Shown: piece by piece, positions 35,016 through 43,105 of the stretch | Position numbering within the stretch: the stretch's first letter is position 1 | How the letters are laid out: the number at the start of each line of letters is the position of its first letter | Source of the DNA: a virus | Lineage: Duplodnaviria > Caudoviricetes | Virus record (IMG/VR): IMGVR_UViG_3300023184_000234 | Location: 1 to 43,105 of that record | Direction: 5' to 3' (one strand) | Length of the DNA stretch: 43,105 nucleotides | Program-made: the position numbers and the translations under genes | Notes under the pieces: generated by a model | The model's database searches: none | The model's input: the letters and a program-made list of their open reading frames with translations, nothing else | What the model was told of the DNA's origin: nothing

Positions 35016-36356
35016 ATGTCTGCAACATCAGGTCCATTAAAAAATACAGGTGTATCTAATTCGGTATTATTATTAGATGCTGGAAATATAAACAGTTATC
35101 CCGGCAGTGGAACAACTTGGACAGACTTGAGCGGCAATAGTAACAATGGCACATTAACTAGTGGTCCTACATTTAATCGTACAAACGGTGGTAGTATTGT
35201 GTTTGATGGCACGAATGATTATGTATCCGTGGCTAACGCATCTTCTCTTACAAATACATCCAGTCTTTCTGTTGAGAGCTGGGTATTAATGAATCCTTCA
35301 ATGAACACTTCTTGCGCCATCGTAGGCAAGGGAACATCAGACGCGGATGAAGAATATTGTTTATTAATCAATCCATCAACTTCCAAGGTTTATTTTGACG
35401 TTGGCGGAGTGAATGGACCATATGTAGACCATACTTTTACTTCTACATTCAATTCCAATACTTGGTATCATGTTGTAGCAACTCACGAAAGAATAGCTGG
35501 GTCATCTACATTAAAAATTTATGTTAATGGATCTCTGATACCAGGCTCTACTACAAATCCTACAAGTGCTGTTAATGATAATGCAACTAATGTAAGCATA
35601 GGATGTAGATTTGATGGCACAACGTCTTATTGGAATGGGAAAATATCGATGGTTGCAATATACACCAGAACGTTATCCGCATCTGAAATATTAAAAAACT
35701 ACACCACTACACAATCAAAATATAACACATATGATCCATTGGGTGATTTAGTTACACATTATATTAGAGGAGTTGGTACTGTAGGTGATACCACTGTTCC
35801 AAATTTAGTATATGGTGGCACAACTTTGTCAGGTCAATCGGGAAGCATGATTATTTCAGATACACAATGGAAATGGGGAGGAGTTTCTATGAAAGTTCCT
35901 AGCACCGCGACGTTTAGTATTGGATCATATTCTTTTACGGGCGATTTTACACTTGAGTTATGGTATTATGCAGTTTCAATGGCGTCGGATCTTAGATTTG
36001 TAGGCGGAGGTGGATTAAATCAATGGGGTTGGGGCAGTCGTGTAAGTGGAACTAGAAATATTGGCTTAGTAAATGATGGTGTTTCGTGGTATGCAGAAGT
36101 ATCATATTCGCCGATACTCAGTGCATGGACGCATTTAGCGGTATGTAGATCTGGTACTACAATCAGATACTTTCATAACGGAACATTGATAGGAAGTTCA
36201 ACACTTTCAGGTACATTTAGTGGAACTACTCCGTATTTTCAAGATATTACTGGAAACAACGGTGGACAATATTATAACGATGTCAGATTTACAAGATATG
36301 CTAGATATACAGCAGCGTTTACTGCTCCAACAAGTCAGTTTAAGTTACCGTATTAA
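35016..36356 (+). CDS. double LamG-domain protein, paralogue 2
   Basis: LLLDAGNINSYPGSGTTWTDLSGN...WYHVVAT...IYVNG, then a second LamG of another type (DFTLELW...WTHLAVCRSG...ARYTAAFTAPT). Start moved to ATG 35016. TATTTATA at 35002-35009. Confidence 0.82.
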   Translation: MSATSGPLKNTGVSNSVLLLDAGNINSYPGSGTTWTDLSGNSNNGTLTSGPTFNRTNGGSIVFDGTNDYVSVANASSLTNTSSLSVESWVLMNPSMNTSCAIVGKGTSDADEEYCLLINPSTSKVYFDVGGVNGPYVDHTFTSTFNSNTWYHVVATHERIAGSSTLKIYVNGSLIPGSTTNPTSAVNDNATNVSIGCRFDGTTSYWNGKISMVAIYTRTLSASEILKNYTTTQSKYNTYDPLGDLVTHYIRGVGTVGDTTVPNLVYGGTTLSGQSGSMIISDTQWKWGGVSMKVPSTATFSIGSYSFTGDFTLELWYYAVSMASDLRFVGGGGLNQWGWGSRVSGTRNIGLVNDGVSWYAEVSYSPILSAWTHLAVCRSGTTIRYFHNGTLIGSSTLSGTFSGTTPYFQDITGNNGGQYYNDVRFTRYARYTAAFTAPTSQFKLPY

Positions 36357-36375
36357 AGGATTATATTTATAACAT

Positions 36376-37080
36376 ATGTCAATACAAAGAGGACCAAAAC
36401 TTTCAGCCGTATCTAATTTAGTATTAGCATTAGATGCCGGAAATCAAAATAGTTATCCCGGTAGTGGAACAACTTGGACAGATTTGAGCGGCAATAACAA
36501 TCACGGAACACTAACTAACGGACCTACGTTTAGTAGTGCAAATGGTGGCAGCATTGTATTTGATGGGGTAGATGATTTTGTATCGTTTTCTTCAATAAAT
36601 TTGGGAAACGAATTAACAGTTTCATGTTTTGTACGTCCACAAACAACATCGACAATTCAAACAATTTTTGGTAACAGTGCGGCTGGTACAAATATTAATG
36701 GAATTCGTTTGTTTTTTAATACATATTTATCTAATAGTAGAGTAATAGTAATTGAAGTAGGAAATGGTACGAGTGGTGATAATACTTCAACTTCTGCAAA
36801 AGTTATATATGACACATGGCAAAATATTACATTTGTTTTAAATAAAACTACAACGTCTTTAAAAATTTATTATAATGGAATACTTGAAGTACAAAAAAAC
36901 TCAACAGTGAATAATTATAATACAAACGCAGCGTTTCGATTAGGAACTCTCATAGACGCTGCTCCTCAAAATTATATATTAAAAGGAAATGTTGCTTTAT
37001 ATAATGTTTATAATCGTGAATTATCTTCAGATGAAATATTGCAAAATTATAATGGCACTAAATCCAGATTCGGATTATAA
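36376..37080 (+). CDS. LamG-domain protein, paralogue 3
   Basis: LVLALDAGNQNSYPGSGTTWTDLSGN...EILQNYNGTKSRFGL. TATTTATA at 36364-36371. Confidence 0.85.
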   Translation: MSIQRGPKLSAVSNLVLALDAGNQNSYPGSGTTWTDLSGNNNHGTLTNGPTFSSANGGSIVFDGVDDFVSFSSINLGNELTVSCFVRPQTTSTIQTIFGNSAAGTNINGIRLFFNTYLSNSRVIVIEVGNGTSGDNTSTSAKVIYDTWQNITFVLNKTTTSLKIYYNGILEVQKNSTVNNYNTNAAFRLGTLIDAAPQNYILKGNVALYNVYNRELSSDEILQNYNGTKSRFGL

Positions 37081-37089
37081 TTATAGTAT

Positions 37090-37770
37090 ATGGCAATACA
37101 ACGTGGACCTTCAAAATCTATCACAAGTGGTTTGGTATTATATTTAGATGCTGCAAACCCAAGTAGTTATCCAGGCAGTGGAACGACATGGAATGATTTA
37201 AGCGGTAATAACAATCACGGCACACTAACTAACGGACCTACATTTAATGGATCAAATGGAGGTAGCATTGTGTTTGATGGAACAGATGATTTTGTTAATG
37301 TTGCAAATGCTGCTTCTTTAAATGCAACCACACAAACAATAAATATTTGGCACAACACGACAATAAATCCAGCAAGACAAGCGACGATTATTTGCAAACA
37401 TGATACAACTGGTTCATTCAATGGATACAACATATTTACAGAAAATTTAGCTCAAATAAAAGCTGCTTCTGGAGGTGGGTCTACATCAGTCGGCACCGGC
37501 GGTGGAACCACATCAGTTTGGTATTTCTTAACACTTACATTTTCCATAAATGGAACTGCAACTTTTTATGTTAATGGAGTTAGTAATAGTAGCGCTGCAT
37601 GTGTTAATTTTACTATGAGTTCAAATCCGTTAAGAATTGGTAGGTCACCCGATTCCTTTTGGTCAGTGTACACCGGCAGAATTGCTGTGGTACAAGTTTA
37701 TAATCGCGTTTTAACCGCAACCGAAGTATTGCAAAACTATAACGTTACTAAATCCAGATTCGGATTATAA
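37090..37770 (+). CDS. LamG-domain protein, paralogue 4
   Basis: LVLYLDAANPSSYPGSGTTWNDLSGN...EVLQNYNVTKSRFGL. Confidence 0.85.
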   Translation: MAIQRGPSKSITSGLVLYLDAANPSSYPGSGTTWNDLSGNNNHGTLTNGPTFNGSNGGSIVFDGTDDFVNVANAASLNATTQTINIWHNTTINPARQATIICKHDTTGSFNGYNIFTENLAQIKAASGGGSTSVGTGGGTTSVWYFLTLTFSINGTATFYVNGVSNSSAACVNFTMSSNPLRIGRSPDSFWSVYTGRIAVVQVYNRVLTATEVLQNYNVTKSRFGL

Positions 37771-37782
37771 TTATAAAAACAT

Positions 37783-38499
37783 ATGTCAGCAACATTAGGA
37801 CCACCATCACTTAATAAGAGTTCAAATTTAGTATTTTATGTAGACGCTTCAAATCCAAGTAGTTATCCAGGCAGCGGAACCACTTGGACAGATGCAAGCA
37901 ATAATAATAGAACTGGAACATTAACTAACGGACCTACATTTAACGGATCAAATGGCGGTAGTATCGTATTTAATGGGTCAACTCAGTATGTAGATGTAAC
38001 AAATACCGCATCGACATTTGCTTTTGCAAATACAACGTTTACGGTTAGTGTTTGGTTTAAACAATCTACATTATCAAATGGAGCGTTAATTTCAAAAGAC
38101 GGAGCAGTTGGTGGTTGGTCTGTTTGGGCACTAAATGATGGAACTATTGTTTCATATATGAAAAATGGTTCATCAGTTGATAATTATGACAGATTTACAT
38201 CTGCTGTAATTACAGTCAATACGTGGATTAATATTGTTTCCGTAATTACAACAAGTACAACTGTTGCAGGTAATAATTCTGTTACTCATTATGTTAATGG
38301 TGTTGTAAATACTGGAACAATTCTTGTTGGATCAGGAGCATATGGCAACGATACATCTGTTAATTTATATTTGGGTAGACGAACCACAAGTCCATATTTT
38401 AATGGCAATATAGCATTGGTGCAAATTTATAACATCGGATTAACTGCAACTGATGTGTTGCAGAACTATAATTCAGTTAAACGAAGATTCGGTTTATAA
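37783..38499 (+). CDS. LamG-domain protein, paralogue 5
   Basis: LVFYVDASNPSSYPGSGTTWTD...DVLQNYNSVKRRFGL. Confidence 0.85.
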   Translation: MSATLGPPSLNKSSNLVFYVDASNPSSYPGSGTTWTDASNNNRTGTLTNGPTFNGSNGGSIVFNGSTQYVDVTNTASTFAFANTTFTVSVWFKQSTLSNGALISKDGAVGGWSVWALNDGTIVSYMKNGSSVDNYDRFTSAVITVNTWINIVSVITTSTTVAGNNSVTHYVNGVVNTGTILVGSGAYGNDTSVNLYLGRRTTSPYFNGNIALVQIYNIGLTATDVLQNYNSVKRRFGL

Positions 38500-38510
38500 T
38501 TATAAAACAT

Positions 38511-39188
38511 ATGCGATTCGGCTCACCACAAATTGTAACAGACGGTTTGGTATTATATCTAGATGCTGCAAATCCAAGTAGTTATCCTGGCACCGGCACA
38601 ACTTGGACTGATTTGAGCGGTAATAACAATACAGGCACTCTTACCAATGGTCCATCGTTTAATGGATCAAATGGCGGAAGTATCGTATTTGATGGGTCAA
38701 CTCAGTATGGAACCGTTCCAGATTTTTCAATGGGATCGACACTCACAGTTGATGCTTGGGTTAAAACTAGTAGTTCAAGCGTAATGGAAATTTTTTGTAG
38801 AGGCACTAACGGTGATACTAGTGGTATGTTATTTGCATTTGTGTCTGGACAATTATATGGCGGTGGTAATTCTGGATCGGGATGGAATAGTTCAGCTCTT
38901 TATACCCCAACATTAAATGATAATAAATGGCACTATGTTGCTGGAGTTTTTAATCAAACAGTCAATCAAATTATAGGATATGTAGATGGTATTCTAGGAA
39001 ATACAGTAACATCGACATTTCTTCTCGGCGGTTATACTCCCACTAATTCTAGAATAGGTAGAAATCAAAATGGATCCACGCAATTTTGGAACGGTAATAT
39101 ATCAATAATGAGAATTTATAACAGATTGGTATCAACAGCTGAAATACTTCAAAATTATAACGCAACTAAAGGTAGATTCAATTTATAA
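38511..39188 (+). CDS. LamG-domain protein, paralogue 6
   Basis: LVLYLDAANPSSYPGTGTTWTDLSGN...EILQNYNATKGRFNL. Confidence 0.85.
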   Translation: MRFGSPQIVTDGLVLYLDAANPSSYPGTGTTWTDLSGNNNTGTLTNGPSFNGSNGGSIVFDGSTQYGTVPDFSMGSTLTVDAWVKTSSSSVMEIFCRGTNGDTSGMLFAFVSGQLYGGGNSGSGWNSSALYTPTLNDNKWHYVAGVFNQTVNQIIGYVDGILGNTVTSTFLLGGYTPTNSRIGRNQNGSTQFWNGNISIMRIYNRLVSTAEILQNYNATKGRFNL

Positions 39189-39199
39189 TTATAAAGCAT

Positions 39200-39889
39200 A
39201 TGCAATTCGGTCCACCAAAAATTATAACAACCAACTTAACGTCATATTTAGATGCTGCTAATCTAACTAGTTATCCTGGCAGTGGAACAACTTGGACTGA
39301 TTTGAGTGGCAATAACAATAATTTCATATTAACTAATGGGCCAACGTATGATAATAGAAACGGCGGTAGTATATCTTTTGATGGCACTGATGATTATTTA
39401 TTAAATAATTCATTGGTTTTGAATTATAATGAGAATTTTACAATACAATTTTGGTTTAATACAAATTCGTTGGGTGGGGTCAATGGTTATGGTCTTTTTT
39501 TTAACGGCACAACCAGTTCAAATACAAACAGAGTGCAAATATCAGGAAATTCCAATGGATCTATTGGTTTAAATACCGTTGGTATTAGTGTAGGAGATGA
39601 CTTTACTAGTGCTGCTGGATTAGTTACTGTAGGAAATTGGTATAATTTTGCAGCAGTTCGTAATAGTGGAGTAATAACTGTTTATCTTAATGGAACATCA
39701 GTTGCATCTGGAAATGTAAATTATTCTGTATCTCAACAAAGCAATTTATATGTTGGATTTATAAGAAGTAGTGGCGCACTTTGGTATTTAAATGGTAGAA
39801 TGCCAATTATATTAATTTATAATAGATCATCAAGTGCAACTGAAATATTGCAAACTTACAATAGTAGTAAAACTAGATTTGGTTTGTAA
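39200..39889 (+). CDS. LamG-domain protein, paralogue 7
   Basis: LTSYLDAANLTSYPGSGTTWTDLSGN...EILQTYNSSKTRFGL. Confidence 0.85.
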   Translation: MQFGPPKIITTNLTSYLDAANLTSYPGSGTTWTDLSGNNNNFILTNGPTYDNRNGGSISFDGTDDYLLNNSLVLNYNENFTIQFWFNTNSLGGVNGYGLFFNGTTSSNTNRVQISGNSNGSIGLNTVGISVGDDFTSAAGLVTVGNWYNFAAVRNSGVITVYLNGTSVASGNVNYSVSQQSNLYVGFIRSSGALWYLNGRMPIILIYNRSSSATEILQTYNSSKTRFGL

Positions 39890-39960
39890 TCAATTTATTA
39901 CATTAAAACCGTTTTAAAATAAAAATCTGGTCTATATATTACAAAACATACTATAAAGTT

Positions 39961-40236
39961 ATGCCAGAAAAAATAAAGTTCACAGACGACGAAATCAATG
40001 ATATTCGGTTTTTACAAAACAAATTTCAAGAAAAATTAATCAAGTTTGGCCAAATCCAATTGGAAACAATTGAGCTGGAAGATCGACTGTTGTTATTAAA
40101 AAATGAACAAAATCGACTCAAAACAGAATATCTTTCATTGCAAAAGACAGAACAAGAGTTAATGGACAAATTAACCAATAAATACGGCGAGGGTTCATTA
40201 AATCTTAAAGAAGGAAACTTCACTCCAGCTGCTTAA
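39961..40236 (+). CDS. small coiled-coil protein, possible fibre-assembly chaperone
   Basis: 91 aa, heptad-rich, ends KYGEGSLNLKEGNFTP. Sits among fibre genes. Function inferred from context only. Confidence 0.65.
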   Translation: MPEKIKFTDDEINDIRFLQNKFQEKLIKFGQIQLETIELEDRLLLLKNEQNRLKTEYLSLQKTEQELMDKLTNKYGEGSLNLKEGNFTPAA

Positions 40237-40320
40237 TTCTAAACAATAAGTAATCTTAGATTTTATTTTATTTATTGACACCCGGTTTATATTTATATAC
40301 CAATCGTGTATTAATAGATT

Positions 40321-41613
40321 ATGCCAACATATGATCCATCACCCAACGCAGTTGTACTAAAACAATTTCGTACTGGCTCCAATAACTACTTTGAAGAAGC
40401 ATACATTTCAGGCTCGTCCGTTCTGTTTCATACAGATACCACAGGAAGTGTAACCGGCTCCAGATTCACTCTGGAAGCAGATACCGGAAATGCTTACAAA
40501 TACGTCGTATACCAAGATAACGCATTCAAAGTCACCTCAATCGGTGGCGGAGCAGGTACAGCAGGTACAGCAGGTACTTCAGGAGCACAAGGAGCACAAG
40601 GAGCAAGTGGTTCAGGTACTTCAGGCACTTCAGGAGCAACCGGTACAAGCGGCACTTCAGGAGCACAAGGAGCTTCCGGCACAAGCGGTACTTCCGGCGC
40701 ACAAGGCGCAACCGGTACAAGCGGCACTTCAGGAGCACAAGGAGCTTCCGGCACAAGCGGTACTTCCGGTGTTCAAGGTGCAACCGGTACAAGCGGTACT
40801 TCCGGTGTTCAAGGTGCAACTGGTACAAGCGGTACTTCCGGTGTTCAAGGTGCAACCGGTACAAGTGGTACATCCGGTGTTCAAGGCGCAACCGGTACAA
40901 GTGGTACATCCGGTGTTCAAGGTGCAACCGGTACAAGTGGTACATCCGGTGTTCAAGGCGCAACTGGTACAAGTGGTACATCCGGTGTTCAAGGCGCAAC
41001 CGGTACAAGTGGTACATCCGGTGTTCAAGGCGCAACTGGTACAAGTGGTACATCCGGTGTTCAAGGCGCAACCGGTACAAGTGGTACGTCAGGTGTAGGT
41101 TCGGCTGGTACAAGTGGTACGTCAGGTGTAGGTTCCGATGGTACAAGTGGTACGTCAGGTGCACAAGGTGCACAAGGCGCTGCTGGAACATCAGGTATAA
41201 GTGGGGGCGGTGGTGCAAGTATGGTTTATAGAACACTTACAACTGGTAGTGCAAATATTGTAATTACTGGAGTAGGATCACAAACTGATATTGATAATAC
41301 AAGTATTACATTTACCGGCGGTAATACATTAACTATTAGTAGTGTAGGATCTTTGAGATTAAATGCATGTTCTTTTAATTATGCTGCAGGTGTTAATAGT
41401 ACTGCAACAATTAATATTGTATATCCGGAACTAAACGGTCAAACAACTTTAGCTAATACACAAATGCCGGTTTTAGCATATTATAACAACGCAGTTCCAT
41501 CTGTTATTCAAGCGAATACACAATGGAATGTGTCAAACGCATCCGGCATAGTAACTGTACAACGAACTGGTTTAACAGGAAATCCGTCAGCCGCATGGAA
41601 AATAATTTTTTAA
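40321..41613 (+). CDS. collagen-like fibre protein ([12 protein letters not shown] repeats)
   Basis: 430 aa with a central G-X-Y block and a beta-rich C-terminal domain. TATTTATA at 40290-40297. Confidence 0.8.
   Translation: MPTYDPSPNAVVLKQFRTGSNNYFEEAYISGSSVLFHTDTTGSVTGSRFTLEADTGNAYKYVVYQDNAFKVTSIGGGAGTAGTAGTSGAQGAQGASGSGTSGTSGATGTSGTSGAQGASGTSGTSGAQGATGTSGTSGAQGASGTSGTSGVQGATGTSGTSGVQGATGTSGTSGVQGATGTSGTSGVQGATGTSGTSGVQGATGTSGTSGVQGATGTSGTSGVQGATGTSGTSGVQGATGTSGTSGVQGATGTSGTSGVGSAGTSGTSGVGSDGTSGTSGAQGAQGAAGTSGISGGGGASMVYRTLTTGSANIVITGVGSQTDIDNTSITFTGGNTLTISSVGSLRLNACSFNYAAGVNSTATINIVYPELNGQTTLANTQMPVLAYYNNAVPSVIQANTQWNVSNASGIVTVQRTGLTGNPSAAWKIIF
40555..41208 (+). repeat. G-X-Y coding repeat with a 36-bp higher-order unit
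   Basis: Tandem GGTGTTCAAGG(C/T)GCAAC(C/T)GGTACAAG(T/C)GGTAC(A/T)TCC units. Confidence 0.92.
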
Positions 41614-41626
41614 TATATAACACAAT

Positions 41627-43105
41627 ATGAGCCATTTATCATTAGTCGGAAGAGCAATTTTAAATAACGCTACTCAAAACGGATCGGATTGGGATATTCA
41701 ATTCGATTTTTCAGATTTATTGGGTCGATTTTTTGCAACAGATGTTGTTGTAAATGATTTTTATTATTTTGACGCATCGTCGTATGATGTTCTAACGGGG
41801 ACAGTACGTTACAAAATAAAAAGCATCGATTCAGTGGTTGGACCCACGATTACATGTACAGTGACATATGATGACGAACATCCTGTAGAACCAGATCTTT
41901 CATTTTTAGTTAGTACAAAAGGTGTGGTGTGTAGTCCAACTCTCAGTGGAGCTGGTCTTACTGCGCATTTTGCCGGACAAGACATGGGTTCGGATTTGTT
42001 GACATTCGATATATTAAATAAGAACTGGGAAGAAGTTTCTGTCGGAGGAACAAGTGGTACTTCTGGTGCACAAGGTTCAAGTGGCACGTCAGGCGCATCA
42101 GGCACAAGTGGTGGTTCAGGTACATCAGGCACAAGTGGCGAATCAGGTACATCAGGCACAAGTGGCGAATCTGGTACATCAGGCACAAGTGGCGAATCTG
42201 GTACATCCGGTACTTCAGGCGAATCCGGTACATCCGGTACTTCAGGTGAATCCGGTACATCCGGTACTTCAGGTGAATCCGGTACATCAGGCACAAGTGG
42301 CGAATCAGGTACTTCAGGTGAGTCTGGTACATCAGGCACAAGTGGCGAATCAGGTACTTCAGGTGAATCCGGTACATCAGGTACTTCAGGCGAATCCGGT
42401 ACATCAGGCACAAGTGGTGAATCTGGTACATCAGGTACTTCAGGTGAATCTGGTACATCAGGCACAAGTGGCGAATCAGGTACTTCAGGTGAGTCTGGTA
42501 CATCAGGCACAAGTGGCGAATCAGGTACTTCAGGTGAGTCTGGTACATCAGGCACAAGTGGCGAATCAGGTACTTCAGGTGAATCCGGTACATCAGGTAC
42601 TTCAGGTGAATCTGGTACATCAGGCACAAGTGGCGAATCAGGTACTTCAGGTGAATCCGGTACATCAGGTACTTCAGGCGAATCTGGTACATCCGGTACT
42701 TCAGGTGAATCTGGTACATCCGGTACTTCAGGTGAATCTGGTACATCCGGTACTTCAGGTGAATCTGGTACATCAGGCACAAGTGGCGAATCAGGTACTT
42801 CAGGTGAGTCTGGTACATCAGGCACAAGTGGCGAATCAGGTACTTCAGGTGAATCTGGTACATCAGGTACTTCAGGTGAATCTGGTACATCAGGCACAAG
42901 TGGCGAATCAGGTACTTCAGGTGAATCCGGTACATCAGGCACAAGTGGCGAATCAGGTACTTCAGGTGAATCCGGTACATCAGGTACTTCAGGCGAATCT
43001 GGTACATCCGGTACTTCAGGTGAATCTGGTACATCCGGTACTTCAGGTGAATCTGGTACATCAGGTACTTCAGGTGAATCTGGTACATCAGGTACTTCAG
43101 GTGAA
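41627..43105 (+). CDS. collagen-like fibre protein, truncated by the window end
   Basis: ATG at 41627 opens [28 protein letters not shown]... and stays open to the last base (493 codons). About 140-aa N-domain then (GTS/GES)n. Absent from the ORF track because it has no stop in the window. Confidence 0.85.
   Translation, partial: MSHLSLVGRAILNNATQNGSDWDIQFDFSDLLGRFFATDVVVNDFYYFDASSYDVLTGTVRYKIKSIDSVVGPTITCTVTYDDEHPVEPDLSFLVSTKGVVCSPTLSGAGLTAHFAGQDMGSDLLTFDILNKNWEEVSVGGTSGTSGAQGSSGTSGASGTSGGSGTSGTSGESGTSGTSGESGTSGTSGESGTSGTSGESGTSGTSGESGTSGTSGESGTSGTSGESGTSGESGTSGTSGESGTSGESGTSGTSGESGTSGTSGESGTSGTSGESGTSGTSGESGTSGESGTSGTSGESGTSGESGTSGTSGESGTSGESGTSGTSGESGTSGTSGESGTSGESGTSGTSGESGTSGTSGESGTSGTSGESGTSGTSGESGTSGTSGESGTSGESGTSGTSGESGTSGESGTSGTSGESGTSGTSGESGTSGESGTSGTSGESGTSGESGTSGTSGESGTSGTSGESGTSGTSGESGTSGTSGESGTSGTSGE
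42047..43105 (+). repeat. more than 1 kb of GTS/GES triplet repeat
   Basis: GGTACATC(A/C), GGCACAAGT, GGTACTTCA and GG(C/T)GAATC(A/T/C) units in 18- and 27-bp arrangements. Confidence 0.95.

Noticed and set aside
34287-39889. Diversity-generating retroelement or invertase shufflon behind the LamG variation
   Set aside because: No reverse transcriptase or recombinase in the window, no template/variable repeat pair differing only at adenines that I could see, and all copies are full genes in one orientation.
39903-39917. Palindrome TTAAAAC-C-GTTTTAA in the intergenic gap
   Set aside because: Single, very AT-rich occurrence with no second copy noticed. Likely chance.
40275-40303. Perfect TTGACA -35 box upstream of the 430-aa fibre gene
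   Set aside because: No good -10 hexamer at 16-18 nt spacing. The TATTTATA motif at 40290 explains the region more consistently.
41809-43088. Long minus-strand ORFs (PDVPDSPEV and MYQIHLKY repeats), and similar ones at 30998-31477, 33167-33616, 40494-41236
   Set aside because: They are antisense shadows of the stop-free G-X-Y repeats. The + strand frame continues into unique domains and matches the operon direction.
1-43105. Alternative genetic code (stop-codon reassignment)
   Set aside because: Core genes are full length in the standard code, and TAA, TGA and TAG (for example 5205-5207) all end genes at sensible positions.
1-43105. tRNA or other structured RNA genes
   Set aside because: Intergenic gaps are short and AT-rich, and no cloverleaf or T-loop (GTTCRA) context was seen in them. 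A tRNAscan/Infernal run would be needed to exclude them formally.

Overview
A 43-kb segment of an AT-rich, large tailed dsDNA bacteriophage of the wider T4-like (myovirus) lineage, read with the standard genetic code and coded almost entirely on the + strand. In order it holds: the end of a structural gene; a small DNA-processing block (RuvC-like resolvase, primase, single-polypeptide Mre11-Rad50/SbcDC fusion); a flavodoxin-fold protein; terminase large subunit, portal, head proteins and prohead protease; a Hef-like homing endonuclease; a 958-aa protein with a hydrophobic hairpin and TTPGG repeats; two inverted genes; scaffold, major capsid protein and a GIY-YIG endonuclease; a cluster of small enzymes (ADP-ribosyltransferase-like, Acb1-like 2H phosphoesterase, Cys-His-Asp papain-like, cupin); neck and tail-completion genes; and a fibre region with three proline-free collagen-like (G-T-S) proteins and seven tandem LamG/ConA-like paralogues. 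The main signals are (1) a shared N-terminal 'M(I/V)KLxxLLxE' leader on unrelated proteins, suggesting a capsid-targeting cargo system that would inject counter-defence enzymes; (2) a strand-oriented TATTTAT(A/T) motif just upstream of late genes, the reverse complement of the T4 late promoter, including one copy inside an ORF; (3) a perfect hairpin that hides a late-gene start codon; (4) a short recoded tract at the 3' end of the capsid gene next to the homing endonuclease; and (5) the mosaic lectin-domain array. All calls come from motif reading and gene context. No database searches were run.
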